From positions 529,610 to 593,609 of the forward strand of contig OZ244195.1 in NCBI GenBank assembly GCA_965216685.1: 64,000 nucleotides of DNA, read 5' to 3'. How positions within the stretch are numbered: the first letter of the stretch is position 1; every line of letters begins with the position of its first letter. The notes below the pieces were generated by a model. The model did not search any database, was not told the DNA's origin, and saw only the letters and a list, made by a program, of their open reading frames with translations. The position numbers and the translations under genes were made by a program. This DNA is from Acidimicrobiales bacterium (GTDB taxonomy: Bacteria; Actinomycetota; Acidimicrobiia; Acidimicrobiales; SZUA-35). Of the stretch, positions 50,860 to 60,232 are shown piece by piece.

Positions 50860-52053
50860 TTAGCCCGACAGGCCCGTCGGATGGCTACCGATCACCATTG
50901 ATCCGTTCAACGTCACCTCGCCGGCGTCGATCAGGGCCCGCACCACCGCCAACACCGTCATCGGGGCTGCGCCGGTGAGGACCGACAACGTGTCGACCGA
51001 AATCGCTCCGGCCTGCACCTCGCGGCGAATGATCGCCACCATCGAAACGGCGGCCGGATCGTCGGCCAACACGACCGGGATCGGCTCAGCCGACGGTTCA
51101 CCAACCACCGGCGACCCTGGCAACAACGTCGACTCGGCGGATCCGGACCAGCCCAATGTCACCAGGACGTCGGACGCATCACGGGTTGGCACCGCCCCGT
51201 CGGCGATCAAACCGTTGGTGCCGTCGGCCGCCGGGCTGAGCACCGAACCGGGAACGGCCAGAACCGGCTTGCCCCGCTCGGCACTCTCCTCGGCCGTCAG
51301 CAGCGCTCCCCCGGTGCCGTGCGACTCCACGATCACCGTGGCATCGGCCAGCGATGCGATCAGTCGGTTGCGGGCCGGGAACCGCCAGCGAGCCGGTCTT
51401 GTGCCCGCCGGGTACTCGCTGACCAACACGCCGGCGTCGATCACCTCGTGCCACAGCGACTGGTTGCCACGGGGATAGACGATGTCGAGGCCGGTGCCGA
51501 CGACGCCCACTGGAATGCCTCCCCCATCCAGCACGCCTTTGTGGGCGGCGGCGTCGATGCCGAGGGCCAATCCACTGACGACGGCGACGCCGGCCTCGGC
51601 CAGATCCATTCCCATACGGTGGGCCACCCGGCGGCCGACGGACGTGCATCGGCGGGTACCGACAACAGCCACCGCCGGCCTGGCACCCAGCAAATCGACG
51701 TCACCGGCGCAGAACAACAGCAGCGGAGGATCCTGCTCACCGCCGAAGGGCCAGGCCCGGTCGTCGGGGTGGAGGATCGACCAGCCCTGGTCGACCTGAT
51801 CCTGTAGCAGCCGCCCCGGTTCGAGGTTGGGGATCTCGGACCGCCAGCGGTCCACCGTCGAAGGCCTGATTCCCGGCGGTGCCTCCTCGGGAGGAGCCGG
51901 AAGTTCCCCTGATCGCAGACGTGACACCACTTCCATCGGAGCATGGCGGGACAGCAGCCAACGGCTCCGGGCCGGGCCCATCCCGGAGAGATGAAGCAGG
52001 GCCAGCCTGGCCTGCAGGTCGGCCAGGCGCTCTCCAACCGGCGGTTCGCTCAT
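50860..52053 (-). CDS. dprA: DNA processing protein DprA (Smf)
   Basis: VAVVGTRRCTSVGRRVA...VVSGLALGIDAAAHKG...VVGTGLDIVYPRGN. ATGA overlap with the comM stop. Confidence 0.92.
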   Translation of the reverse strand: MSEPPVGERLADLQARLALLHLSGMGPARSRWLLSRHAPMEVVSRLRSGELPAPPEEAPPGIRPSTVDRWRSEIPNLEPGRLLQDQVDQGWSILHPDDRAWPFGGEQDPPLLLFCAGDVDLLGARPAVAVVGTRRCTSVGRRVAHRMGMDLAEAGVAVVSGLALGIDAAAHKGVLDGGGIPVGVVGTGLDIVYPRGNQSLWHEVIDAGVLVSEYPAGTRPARWRFPARNRLIASLADATVIVESHGTGGALLTAEESAERGKPVLAVPGSVLSPAADGTNGLIADGAVPTRDASDVLVTLGWSGSAESTLLPGSPVVGEPSAEPIPVVLADDPAAVSMVAIIRREVQAGAISVDTLSVLTGAAPMTVLAVVRALIDAGEVTLNGSMVIGSHPTGLSG

Positions 52054-53567
52054 GACGGACGCCCCAGGACCGTCTTCGGCCGGGCCCTGAGAGCCAGGGC
52101 GGCCTGCACGGCTTCGGTCGAGATCTCACGGTCCTCGCCCTTGAGATCGGCAATGGTGCGGGCCACGGTGCGCACCCGCCGCAATCCCCGCCCGGTCAAT
52201 CGACCGGCCTCCAGCACCCGGCGCAGCAACTGTCGGGCTTCCGGCGCCAGCGGGGCCACCTCGTCGAGCCGACGGGCGGGCAGATCGGCGTTGCAGCGCA
52301 CGCCCCGTTGTCGGGCTCGGCGGCGGGCTTCGGCCACCCGCTCGGCCACGGCCTTGGTCGACTCCTCACCCGGCCCGTCCAACAGCACCGACGGGGTGGG
52401 CGGCTGCACCTCGATGCGCAGATCAAACCGGTCGAGTAGAGGGCCCGACAGCCGCCGGGAGTAACGGGCCCGGGCCGCGTCGCTACAGCGGCAGTTGCCA
52501 TCCTGAGGCCCTTCACCGCAAGGGCACGGGTTCATGGCCGCCACCAGAAGGAAGCGAGCAGGAAGAGACACGGCGCGGGCCGCCCGGGAAACCCGGATCA
52601 CGCCCTCCTCCAGCGGCTGGCGCAGCGCATCGAGAATGGGGACGGAAAACTCTCCCAGCTCATCGAGGAACAAGACGCCGTTGTGGGCGCAGCTGATCTC
52701 GCCGGGGCGCATGGCCGCCGATCCGCCACCCACCATGGCCACCGCCGAGGACCCTTGATGGGGGGCTCGAAACGGTGGCCGGGTGACCAGACCGCCCGGT
52801 GGAACAGCCAGGCCGGCGGCGGAATGAACCCGAGTGGTGAGCAGGGCCTCGGCGGCGTCGAGATCGGGCAGGAGCCCGGCCAAGCGGGTGGCCAGCATCG
52901 TCTTGCCCGCTCCCGGAGGGCCGATCATCAACAGGTGGTGACCCCCGGCGGCACTGATCTCCAACGCCCATCGGGCCAGCGGCTGGCCGCGAACCTCGGC
53001 AAGATCCCCGATGGGTCTGGCGCCGGGCGGCTGACGGCCGGGCTCGACCAGGGACGGTAGCAGGGCTTTCGACCGCAGGCCGGCCACGATCTCGCCCAGT
53101 GTGCCGGCCGCCCGCACCCGGCCCGGTCGGACGACGGCTGCCTGCTCGGCTCCCTGACAGGGCACGAACACCTCGTCGCCCTCGATGGCGTCGGCCAGGG
53201 ATACCAGACCGGGGACCGGACGGATCGATCCATTGAGACCAAGCTCTCCCACCGCTCCGTAGGTCCGCAGAATCTCAGGCTCGACCTGGCCGGAGGCGGC
53301 CAGGACGCCGAGGGCAATGGGCAGGTCGAGCCCTGCTCCCTGCTTTCGCAGACCAGTGGGGGCCAGATTGATGGTGACCCGGCGGTCCGGCCATTTCAGA
53401 TTGGAGGACAGCACGGCGGCCCGGACCCGATCACGAGACTCACGGCACGAGGCATCGGGCAGGCCGACGAGCGAGTAGCCGGGCAGACCGTTGCTGACGT
53501 GGACCTCGACGGTCACCGGATGACCGTCGACCCCCTGGACGACGGCGGTGGAAATGGTGGCGAGCAT
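52050..53567 (-). CDS. comM: Mg-chelatase-like AAA+ protein YifB/ComM
   Basis: MLATISTAVVQGVDGHPVTVEVHV..., Walker A GPPGAGKT and LFLDELGEF. ATG 53567 preceded by AAGGAG. Confidence 0.92.
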   Translation of the reverse strand: MLATISTAVVQGVDGHPVTVEVHVSNGLPGYSLVGLPDASCRESRDRVRAAVLSSNLKWPDRRVTINLAPTGLRKQGAGLDLPIALGVLAASGQVEPEILRTYGAVGELGLNGSIRPVPGLVSLADAIEGDEVFVPCQGAEQAAVVRPGRVRAAGTLGEIVAGLRSKALLPSLVEPGRQPPGARPIGDLAEVRGQPLARWALEISAAGGHHLLMIGPPGAGKTMLATRLAGLLPDLDAAEALLTTRVHSAAGLAVPPGGLVTRPPFRAPHQGSSAVAMVGGGSAAMRPGEISCAHNGVLFLDELGEFSVPILDALRQPLEEGVIRVSRAARAVSLPARFLLVAAMNPCPCGEGPQDGNCRCSDAARARYSRRLSGPLLDRFDLRIEVQPPTPSVLLDGPGEESTKAVAERVAEARRRARQRGVRCNADLPARRLDEVAPLAPEARQLLRRVLEAGRLTGRGLRRVRTVARTIADLKGEDREISTEAVQAALALRARPKTVLGRPS

Positions 53568-53710
53568 GACAGTTCGCTCCTTCAACAGGAGATGGCTGGG
53601 AGGAGCGAGTGCTGCCTGAACCTCGCTGACAGGGCCAACGAGTGCTGAATGTGACCCTACTCGTGGGTTGTGACAGTGACCAAGGCCATCGATCACCGAT
53701 GGCTCACTGC

Positions 53711-53757
53711 AGGTTTGTGCGCTGAGGTGTCATGGTGACACCGGAGGGCACAATCCT
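53711..53757. repeat. Dispersed 47-nt bipartite imperfect palindrome, copy B
   Basis: aggtttgtgcgctgaggtgtcatggtgacaccggagggcacaatcct. Outer stem pairs 10/12, inner stem is 7 bp (ggtgtca/tgacacc). Lies 7-53 nt 3' of the cytochrome c stop. Confidence 0.8.
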
Positions 53758-53763
53758 CCCGGG

Positions 53764-54183
53764 CTACAGGCCCTCTCGGGTGAAACGGACCACGGCCTCG
53801 ATCTCGTCGTCGCTGAGCTTGCCGGTGAAGGCCGGCATCTGGTTCTTGCCGTTGGCGATGATGGCGAACTGATCGGCCGGATCGGGGAAGGCGGTGGTGA
53901 CAACACCGTCGGCCAGCTTGGATCCGGTGCCGCCTTGGCCGGCCGCTCCATGGCAACCGACACAGTTGCGGCTGTAGACCTCCCGACCCTGAACCAGGAC
54001 CGGGTCACCCGACGGCACGTCGGGAACATCTCCCACACAGGCGCTCACGAGTATGGCCAACAGCATGGCCATCGCCGTGGCCGACGCTGCCGGCAACGCC
54101 CTGGCCCACAGCCCGGTCGGCGACACCCAGCGCCATCGTGGGGCCGACCGATCGGAGGTCGAACGGTCTGTTCGAGATGCCAT
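53764..54183 (-). CDS. Membrane-anchored/lipoprotein class I c-type cytochrome
   Basis: Heme motif CVGCH plus a distal Met (NQMPAF). Lipobox-like LVSAC. ATG 54183 is preceded by AGGAG at 5 nt. Confidence 0.85.
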   Translation of the reverse strand: MASRTDRSTSDRSAPRWRWVSPTGLWARALPAASATAMAMLLAILVSACVGDVPDVPSGDPVLVQGREVYSRNCVGCHGAAGQGGTGSKLADGVVTTAFPDPADQFAIIANGKNQMPAFTGKLSDDEIEAVVRFTREGL

Positions 54184-54192
54184 ACTGCTCCT

Positions 54193-54303
54193 ATGGGTTT
54201 CGATCCGCACCGAAAGCATAGGGCCTCTCGATTCGACTACTTCTTCGTGGCGGCGGCATTTGTGGTGGTCATCGGTCTCCTCGCCTGGGCCTTCGCCGGA
54301 TAG
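54193..54303 (+). CDS. Possible 36-aa single-TM protein
   Basis: MGFDPHRKHRASRFDYFFVAAAFVVVIGLLAWAFAG has a basic head plus a clean TM helix. No SD. It starts 9 nt from the divergent cytochrome c start, so it is speculative. Confidence 0.3.
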   Translation: MGFDPHRKHRASRFDYFFVAAAFVVVIGLLAWAFAG

Positions 54304-54330
54304 CCGGCGCTGCTTCGACCTCTCGACGAC

Positions 54331-54672
54331 ATGCCATCACGAAACCGGGCCCGGGAAGCCGCCGCCAACCAGAAGGTCCAGAAGACCAAGAAGGCCCAGA
54401 AGAATACGAAGAAGAAACCCAGGAAGAAGACCAAGAAGGGGGCCGAGGCCGGGCGGGCCCGCACCGGACCCATGCTCGATCCGTCGGCCGTCGCCGATGC
54501 CCATACCCGCTTTGTCCAGCCCTACGAGGCGACCAAGACCTACATCTGCCCCGGCTGCAACCGCGACATTCCTCCCGGACTCGGTCATCTGGTGGCCGTA
54601 CCCCCCGACGATCCCGACCTGCGTCGCCACTGGCATCGGGGCTGCTGGGCCAACCGTCACACCCGGTTCTAG
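54331..54672 (+). CDS. Hypothetical protein: Lys-rich N-terminus plus putative zinc ribbon (CPGC...HxxC)
   Basis: 113 aa with high GC3. KVQKTKKAQKNTKKKPRKKTKK is followed by YICPGCNRDIPPGLGHLVAV...RRHWHRGCW. Confidence 0.6.
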   Translation: MPSRNRAREAAANQKVQKTKKAQKNTKKKPRKKTKKGAEAGRARTGPMLDPSAVADAHTRFVQPYEATKTYICPGCNRDIPPGLGHLVAVPPDDPDLRRHWHRGCWANRHTRF

Positions 54673-54697
54673 CAACCAGGCCGGCGCCCGGTGCCGG

Positions 54698-55069
54698 TCA
54701 GAAACAGCCCTCCCTGACCCGGAGGTGACCACGCTGGTCGACATCAGCCACGTCGAACCGAATGTCGGACACGAACCCTCCAGCCGCGCCGCGGCCACTG
54801 CGACGGCGCTCGGCCAACCAGTCGGCGGCCAGCCGCCGGATCCGCTGTTGCTTGACCCGGTTGACGGCGTGGAAACCCGAGCCGTAGCGGTCGCTGGATC
54901 GAGTCTTCACCTCGACAAAGACGACCATGTCATCTCGACCGACGACGAGATCGAGCTCGCCCTCCCGACGGCGCCAGTTGCGGTCGAGAATGTCATAGCC
55001 CGATTCGAGATACCACCGGGCCGCCGCGTCCTCGCCTCGGCGTCCCAGCTCCTTGTTGTGTAACCCCAT
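54698..55069 (-). CDS. yraN: YraN-family (UPF0102) endonuclease-like protein
   Basis: LGRRGEDAAARWYLESGYDILDRNWRRREGELDLVV...VVFVEVKTR. Confidence 0.88.
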   Translation of the reverse strand: MGLHNKELGRRGEDAAARWYLESGYDILDRNWRRREGELDLVVGRDDMVVFVEVKTRSSDRYGSGFHAVNRVKQQRIRRLAADWLAERRRSGRGAAGGFVSDIRFDVADVDQRGHLRVREGCF

Positions 55070-55107
55070 TGATTGATCTCACTGGACGAGATCATCGACC
55101 GTGTTGC

Positions 55108-55395
55108 TCAGAGCTCCCGTTCCGGTAGCTCCTCGACGGTCACCCCTCGGGTGGTGGAAATCGTGACCCGCTTGAGGAATCGGGACTGTCGATAGGTATC
55201 CCACACCCAGGCGTCGACCAGCTCGTATTCCAGCCTGTCGGCCCCCGGCTTGCTCAAGCGGGTGACCTGGTTGGCCAGATAAGCCCGCCGATCGGTCTCC
55301 ACGACGTAGCGGAACATGGCCACCACGTCGCGATACTCCCGGAACAGGGAGAGTTCGGCCTCGGATTCGTAGCGTTCGAGATCTTCGCTACTCAA
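55108..55395 (-). CDS. DUF2469 protein
   Basis: MSSEDLERYESEAELSLFREYRDVVAMFRYVVETDRR... is a conserved actinobacterial family found next to rplS/yraN. Confidence 0.85.
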   Translation of the reverse strand: MSSEDLERYESEAELSLFREYRDVVAMFRYVVETDRRAYLANQVTRLSKPGADRLEYELVDAWVWDTYRQSRFLKRVTISTTRGVTVEELPEREL

Positions 55396-55416
55396 CAGCG
55401 ATCCCCCAGCACCTAC

Positions 55417-55764
55417 TCAGCGGTCGCGTTTTTCCTTTACCTTGGCCGCCTTGCCCACTCGGTCCCGGAGGTAGTAGAGCTTGGCCCGGCGCACGTCACC
55501 GCGGGTGACCAATTCGATCTTGTCGATGATCGGTGAATGAAGGGGGAAGATGCGCTCCACGCCGACACCAAAGCTGAGCTTGCGGACGGTGAAGCTCTCC
55601 CGCAGACCATCGCCCCGGCGGGCGATGACGACACCCTGGAAGACCTGGACCCGCTCCCGGTTACCCTCGACGACCTTGACGTGTACCTTGACGGTATCGC
55701 CCGGCCCGAAGTCGGGAATCTCATCGCGGAGACGGTCTTGTTCAACAACTTGGGTCGTGTTCAT
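55417..55764 (-). CDS. rplS: 50S ribosomal protein L19
   Basis: [36 protein letters not shown]...FTVRK. Confidence 0.96.
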   Translation of the reverse strand: MNTTQVVEQDRLRDEIPDFGPGDTVKVHVKVVEGNRERVQVFQGVVIARRGDGLRESFTVRKLSFGVGVERIFPLHSPIIDKIELVTRGDVRRAKLYYLRDRVGKAAKVKEKRDR

Positions 55765-55908
55765 CGTGCGTTCCTGTGATACGAGGCTTCTCGGAGGGCG
55801 CCGTTCGAACTGGCGCGTCGCAGGCTGCCGGCGAATCGGCAGCGCCTACCAAGCCTAGCTCTACCCGGTGAAACTCCAACCTGGGCCACGGCGGCCGGCA
55901 CCAGCCGA

Positions 55909-58347
55909 TCAGGGTCCGTCGGCCCGGGGGCGCTCGTTGCCGGGGTCGAACATGGGCTCGACCTGAACCACGGCCGGTGACGACACCCCGATAATGGTGA
56001 TGTCAAGGGCTGTGCCTGGGGAGGCGTGGCCGGGCTCGACATAGCCCAGGGCGATGTTGGTCCCGGTGTGGTGGCCGTAACCGCCGCTGGTGACCACCCC
56101 GACCAGGCGCCGGCCCGACCAGATGGGATCGCCGGTGTGGGCGGCGGCAACGTCGTTATCGACCTCCAGCGCCACCAGGACCCGACGATGACCGGCCTGG
56201 CGTTGGGCCACGATGGCGTCCCGGCCCTGGAACGGCTTGTCCAGGTTCACGAACCGGTCGAGCCCGGCTTCCAGCACGTTGTATTCGGTGTGCAGGTCGC
56301 TCTTCCAGGCTCGGTAGTTCTTCTCCAGCCGCATCGACTCGGTGGCCAGCAGTCCGAAGTCGATGATGTCGAACTCCGCTCCGGCCCGATGTATTGCTTC
56401 ATAAACCGGAACCGATGCCTCCATGGGCAGGTGCAGCTCCCACCCCAGCTCACCGGTGAAACCCAGTCGCAGGGCCACGATCTCGTAGTCGGCGACGGTC
56501 AGGGACCGGGCTGACAGCCAGGGAAACAAGGCGTTGTCGAGTGGGGTATCGGTGAGCTTGGCCAGCACCAATCGCGATCGTGGCCCGGCGATCATCAGGG
56601 CATTGTGGTCGTGGGTCAGATTGGTGATGGTCACGCCGGGAGGCGGATTGGCATCGGTCAAGACATCCAGGTCGTGCCATTCGGCCGCCGCCGCACTGAG
56701 CAGCCAGAACCGGTCTTCGGCCAGCCGGGTCACCGTGAACTCCGAGAGAAGGCGACCCTGGTTGTCGCTCACGTAGGCCAGCGCCGTCCGACCGACCGTG
56801 GGCATACGACCGGCGGTCAGACCATCGAACCAGGCGACAGCGTCTGCCCCCTCGACCAGGAACCGGGTGAACCCGCTGATCTCGGCCACCCCCACATTCG
56901 ATCGCACAGCCCGGGCCTCTCGGCCCACCTGATCGTGGTAGGTGGAGAACCGGAACGACGGCACGTGCTCGAAGTCGTCGACGGCCGGGTGAAAGTAGAG
57001 TGATCGTTCCCAGCCGTTGATCACCCCGAACTCGGCCCCCTTGGCCGCCAACAGCTGGTAGAGCGGCGTGGATTTGGCCGGTCGGCCGGCCGGACGGTGT
57101 TCGTCGGGGTGATCGAACACGAACTCCCGGCGGTACTCCTCGATCGCCTTCTTCGAGGCGTAGGCTTCGTCGGCGTACCGGGTGAACCGGCGAGGGTCGA
57201 GGACCCAGGTGTCCCACTCCGACTGACCCTCGACAATGATCTCGGCCAGCACCTTGCCCAGCCCGCCCCCTTCACCGATTCCGGCTCGCAGCCCGAGCAT
57301 GCAGTAGGCGTTACGCCGACCGGGGAGCCGACCCACCAGAGGCGCACCGTCGCCCGAGTAGGTGATCGGGCCGTTGACCACCGAGGCGATACCGGCCGTG
57401 GCCAGCACCGGGAGCCGCTCCATGACCCGGGTCATGTTGTCTTCGAGCCGGTTGAGGTCGGGCGGTTCGAGTTTGTTGGCGAAGTCGTCGGGTATGCGGT
57501 CCCGGCCCCAGGTCTTGCATCCCTGCTCGTAGATGCCGACCAGCAGCCCGTGGTGCTCCTGCCGGCTGTAGAAGTCGTCGCCGGGGTCACGGATGAGGGG
57601 CACTCGACGGCCCAGCGCCTCCAGTTGCGGCAGTTCCTCGGTCAGGAGAAACTGGTGCTCCATCGACGACACCGCCGATTCCAAGCCGTAGAAGCCGCCG
57701 ATCTGGTGAACCCGGTAGCCACCGGCGTTGACGATGCTCTCGCATTCGATGTCGCCTTGGCTGGTGTGGACGATCCAACCGTCGGCCATCTGGGTCAGTC
57801 CGACACATTCGGTGTGCTGGAAGGCCTGGCCTCCGTTCTTGCGACCGGCGTGAACCAGACCGACCACCAGACCGCTGGGGTCGATGTCGCCGTCGACCGG
57901 ATCCCAGAGACCGCAGGTCAGGCCGCTGACATCGAGCAGCGGATGGGCCTCGGCCATTTCGGCCGGTGACAGCACTTCGAAGTCGACGCCCATGCCCTTG
58001 GCCATGCCCACGAAGTGGGAGTAGCCGTCGAAGTCCTGCTGGTTGTAGCCCAGGCGGATGCCTCCGTCGTCCCGGCGATAGGTGATGGGTCGGTCGGGGT
58101 CGGCGGCCAACCGGGTGTAGAGCTCGCACGAGTACTTCTTCAGCCCGACCATGGTTTGCACGGTGCCGAACTGGGTGACCTGCCCGGCGGCGTGCCAGGT
58201 CGAACCGGAGGCCCAGACGTCACGTTCGATCAGGACGACATCGCGCCAACCGTGAGTGGTCAGGTGGTAGAAGGTGCTGGCTCCGCCCACTCCTCCGCCA
58301 ATGACCACCACCCGAGCCCGGCTGGGGAATGCGGTGGCGTCGGTCAT
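55909..58347 (-). CDS. FAD-dependent oxidoreductase fused to GcvT-type folate-binding aminomethyltransferase domain (dimethylglycine oxidase / sarcosine dehydrogenase family)
   Basis: N-terminal RVVVIGGGVGGASTFYHL (DAO) and a C-terminal GcvT-like half. 812 aa. Its ATG overlaps the trmD stop (ATGA at 58344-58347). Confidence 0.85.
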   Translation of the reverse strand: MTDATAFPSRARVVVIGGGVGGASTFYHLTTHGWRDVVLIERDVWASGSTWHAAGQVTQFGTVQTMVGLKKYSCELYTRLAADPDRPITYRRDDGGIRLGYNQQDFDGYSHFVGMAKGMGVDFEVLSPAEMAEAHPLLDVSGLTCGLWDPVDGDIDPSGLVVGLVHAGRKNGGQAFQHTECVGLTQMADGWIVHTSQGDIECESIVNAGGYRVHQIGGFYGLESAVSSMEHQFLLTEELPQLEALGRRVPLIRDPGDDFYSRQEHHGLLVGIYEQGCKTWGRDRIPDDFANKLEPPDLNRLEDNMTRVMERLPVLATAGIASVVNGPITYSGDGAPLVGRLPGRRNAYCMLGLRAGIGEGGGLGKVLAEIIVEGQSEWDTWVLDPRRFTRYADEAYASKKAIEEYRREFVFDHPDEHRPAGRPAKSTPLYQLLAAKGAEFGVINGWERSLYFHPAVDDFEHVPSFRFSTYHDQVGREARAVRSNVGVAEISGFTRFLVEGADAVAWFDGLTAGRMPTVGRTALAYVSDNQGRLLSEFTVTRLAEDRFWLLSAAAAEWHDLDVLTDANPPPGVTITNLTHDHNALMIAGPRSRLVLAKLTDTPLDNALFPWLSARSLTVADYEIVALRLGFTGELGWELHLPMEASVPVYEAIHRAGAEFDIIDFGLLATESMRLEKNYRAWKSDLHTEYNVLEAGLDRFVNLDKPFQGRDAIVAQRQAGHRRVLVALEVDNDVAAAHTGDPIWSGRRLVGVVTSGGYGHHTGTNIALGYVEPGHASPGTALDITIIGVSSPAVVQVEPMFDPGNERPRADGP

Positions 58348-59087
58348 GGGCGGTGATCTTCGGGAACGGTCAAATCGAACTCGGCCAGCAGCGCTCGATC
58401 GTTGTCGCTCAAACCGCCCCGGGCGGCCAGAAGGTCCGGGCGTACCTCGGCTGTTTTCACCAGAGCCATGGCCTGCCGCCAGCGGGCCACCCGGCCATGA
58501 TCACCCGACCGCAGAACATCGGGGACCGGCCAGCCCCGGTACTCGGCCGGCCGGGTGTAGTGGGGGTACTCCAGCAGTCCGCGGGTGAACGACTCGTCCT
58601 CGGTGGAGGCGGCGTTGCCCAGCACCCCGGGGATCAGCCGACCGACGGCCTCGATGATCACGCCGGCCGCCACCTCGCCGCCGGCCAGTACGTAGTCGCC
58701 GATGGAGACCTCGTCGTCTACCAGATGACGACGAACCCGCTCGTCCACCCCTTCGAACCGGCCGCACAACAGGGAGAAGCCGTCGGTGGCCGCCAGCTCG
58801 GCCGCCACCGATTGGGTGAAGGTGCGACCGGAGGGGGCCAGGTAGATCAGGGGACGAGGCGGCTCGACCTGTTCGACGATGGCGAAGATCGGCTCCGGCT
58901 TCAGGACCATGCCGGCGCCGCCACCGAACGGGGCGTCGTCGACGGTGCGATGGACGTCGGTGGTGGTCTCCCGGGGATCGTGGATCCGGATGTCGAGGCT
59001 GCCCCCGGCCCGGGCCTTGCCGATGAGGCCGGCCGAGACGAAGGCTTCAACCATCCCCGGCAGGATCGTGAACACATCGATTCGCAT
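58344..59087 (-). CDS. trmD: tRNA (guanine37-N1)-methyltransferase
   Basis: MRIDVFTILPGM...VDDAPFGGGAGMVLKPEP...LLCGRFEGVDERV. Confidence 0.95.
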   Translation of the reverse strand: MRIDVFTILPGMVEAFVSAGLIGKARAGGSLDIRIHDPRETTTDVHRTVDDAPFGGGAGMVLKPEPIFAIVEQVEPPRPLIYLAPSGRTFTQSVAAELAATDGFSLLCGRFEGVDERVRRHLVDDEVSIGDYVLAGGEVAAGVIIEAVGRLIPGVLGNAASTEDESFTRGLLEYPHYTRPAEYRGWPVPDVLRSGDHGRVARWRQAMALVKTAEVRPDLLAARGGLSDNDRALLAEFDLTVPEDHRP

Positions 59088-59101
59088 GGCTGATCCGTCG
59101 G

Positions 59102-59593
59102 TCAGGACTGCGGATCGAGCAGCCCGGCGGGAACGTCGACCCGGACCCGCTGGTCGTCGTGATCCTGGTAGAAGGCCAACGGGACCAGGCGGCCGTCGCC
59201 CAGCTCCAGCAGATCGGATGCCGGGTTGGCCACCAAGGCGGCCACGGCACCATGTTCGGTGCCGTGTTGGTCGACCAGGACCTTGCCCACCAGCTCGTGG
59301 ACGAAGACCTGACCTTCGCTCTCGATCGGTTCCGCTTCGAGGGTCGAACCCCGGAGCCGGTCGGCCGCGCTACGGTCGGTCACCCCGTCGAAGCGGATCA
59401 GCCACCGGTCCTGGTGGGGTCGGGCGGTGGCCACCGTCAGCCACTCCTCGGCTCCGGCCGAACCCGGTGAGGCGACCCGGTAGCGGGATCCCGCCCTGGT
59501 CCGCTCGTCGACCAGGTTGGTCACCCAGCTGACCACGACCTCGCCTTTCAACCCGTGGGCCTTGCCGATGCGACCGACCTCCAGCAACTCCAC
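59102..59593 (-). CDS. rimM: 16S rRNA processing protein RimM
   Basis: LEVGRIGKAHGLKGEVVV... and a PRC-barrel C-terminus. GTG 59593 lies 7 nt after the KH-protein stop. The track ORF is over-extended. Confidence 0.88.
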   Translation of the reverse strand: MELLEVGRIGKAHGLKGEVVVSWVTNLVDERTRAGSRYRVASPGSAGAEEWLTVATARPHQDRWLIRFDGVTDRSAADRLRGSTLEAEPIESEGQVFVHELVGKVLVDQHGTEHGAVAALVANPASDLLELGDGRLVPLAFYQDHDDQRVRVDVPAGLLDPQS

Positions 59594-59600
59594 GGCTTCG

Positions 59601-59855
59601 CTATTCGACGAACTCGACCTCGGTGACGACGCCGTCTTTGGCCGCAGCCGCACCGACCACGGTTCGGATGGCCGAGGCCACACGACCTCGCCGGCCGATG
59701 ACCCGGCCCATGTCGTCGGAGTGGACACTGACATCGAGACGAACTCGATCACCGTTGGCTGTTGTCTCGATCGAGACATCATCAGGTTCCGAGACCATGG
59801 CCCGACAGAGATGCAGGAGTACGGCCTCAGCGGTGGGGGCGGGAGAGTCGCTCAT
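59601..59855 (-). CDS. KH-domain RNA-binding protein (UPF0109/YlqC-like)
   Basis: LLHLCRAMVSEPDDVSIE...DMGRVIGRRGRVASAIRTVV (GxxG KH motif). 84 aa, between rpsP and rimM. Confidence 0.88.
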   Translation of the reverse strand: MSDSPAPTAEAVLLHLCRAMVSEPDDVSIETTANGDRVRLDVSVHSDDMGRVIGRRGRVASAIRTVVGAAAAKDGVVTEVEFVE

Positions 59856-59869
59856 CGATCCGGCCGCAC

Positions 59870-60232
59870 TCACGCGTCGGCGCCGGCGGTTGCCGGAGTC
59901 TCGGTATCGGACTCTGCTGCCGCTGCCGCCTCGGCCTCGGCCGCAGCCGCCGCTTCCAGCTCCTCGACGGTGGTGCCGGCCTCGAAGGCCTCCCACGCTC
60001 CGGAAACCTTCAGCAGCTTGACCACCCGTTCGGTGGGTTGGGCGCCGTTGCGGAGCCAGTGCACCGCCTTGGCGTTGTCGATCTTGATCTCCGACGGTTC
60101 GGTACGGGGGTTGTAGGTACCGACGATCTCGATGAACCGACCATCACGAGGGGAACGAGCGTCGGCGGCGACGACTCGGTAGGTCGGTTGCTTTTTCTTC
60201 CCCATACGCATGAGGCGCAGTCGAACTGCCAC
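59870..60232 (-). CDS. rpsP: 30S ribosomal protein S16 (with Ala/Glu-rich tail)
   Basis: [42 protein letters not shown]... GTG 60232. The track ORF is over-extended. Confidence 0.93.
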   Translation of the reverse strand: MAVRLRLMRMGKKKQPTYRVVAADARSPRDGRFIEIVGTYNPRTEPSEIKIDNAKAVHWLRNGAQPTERVVKLLKVSGAWEAFEAGTTVEELEAAAAAEAEAAAAAESDTETPATAGADA

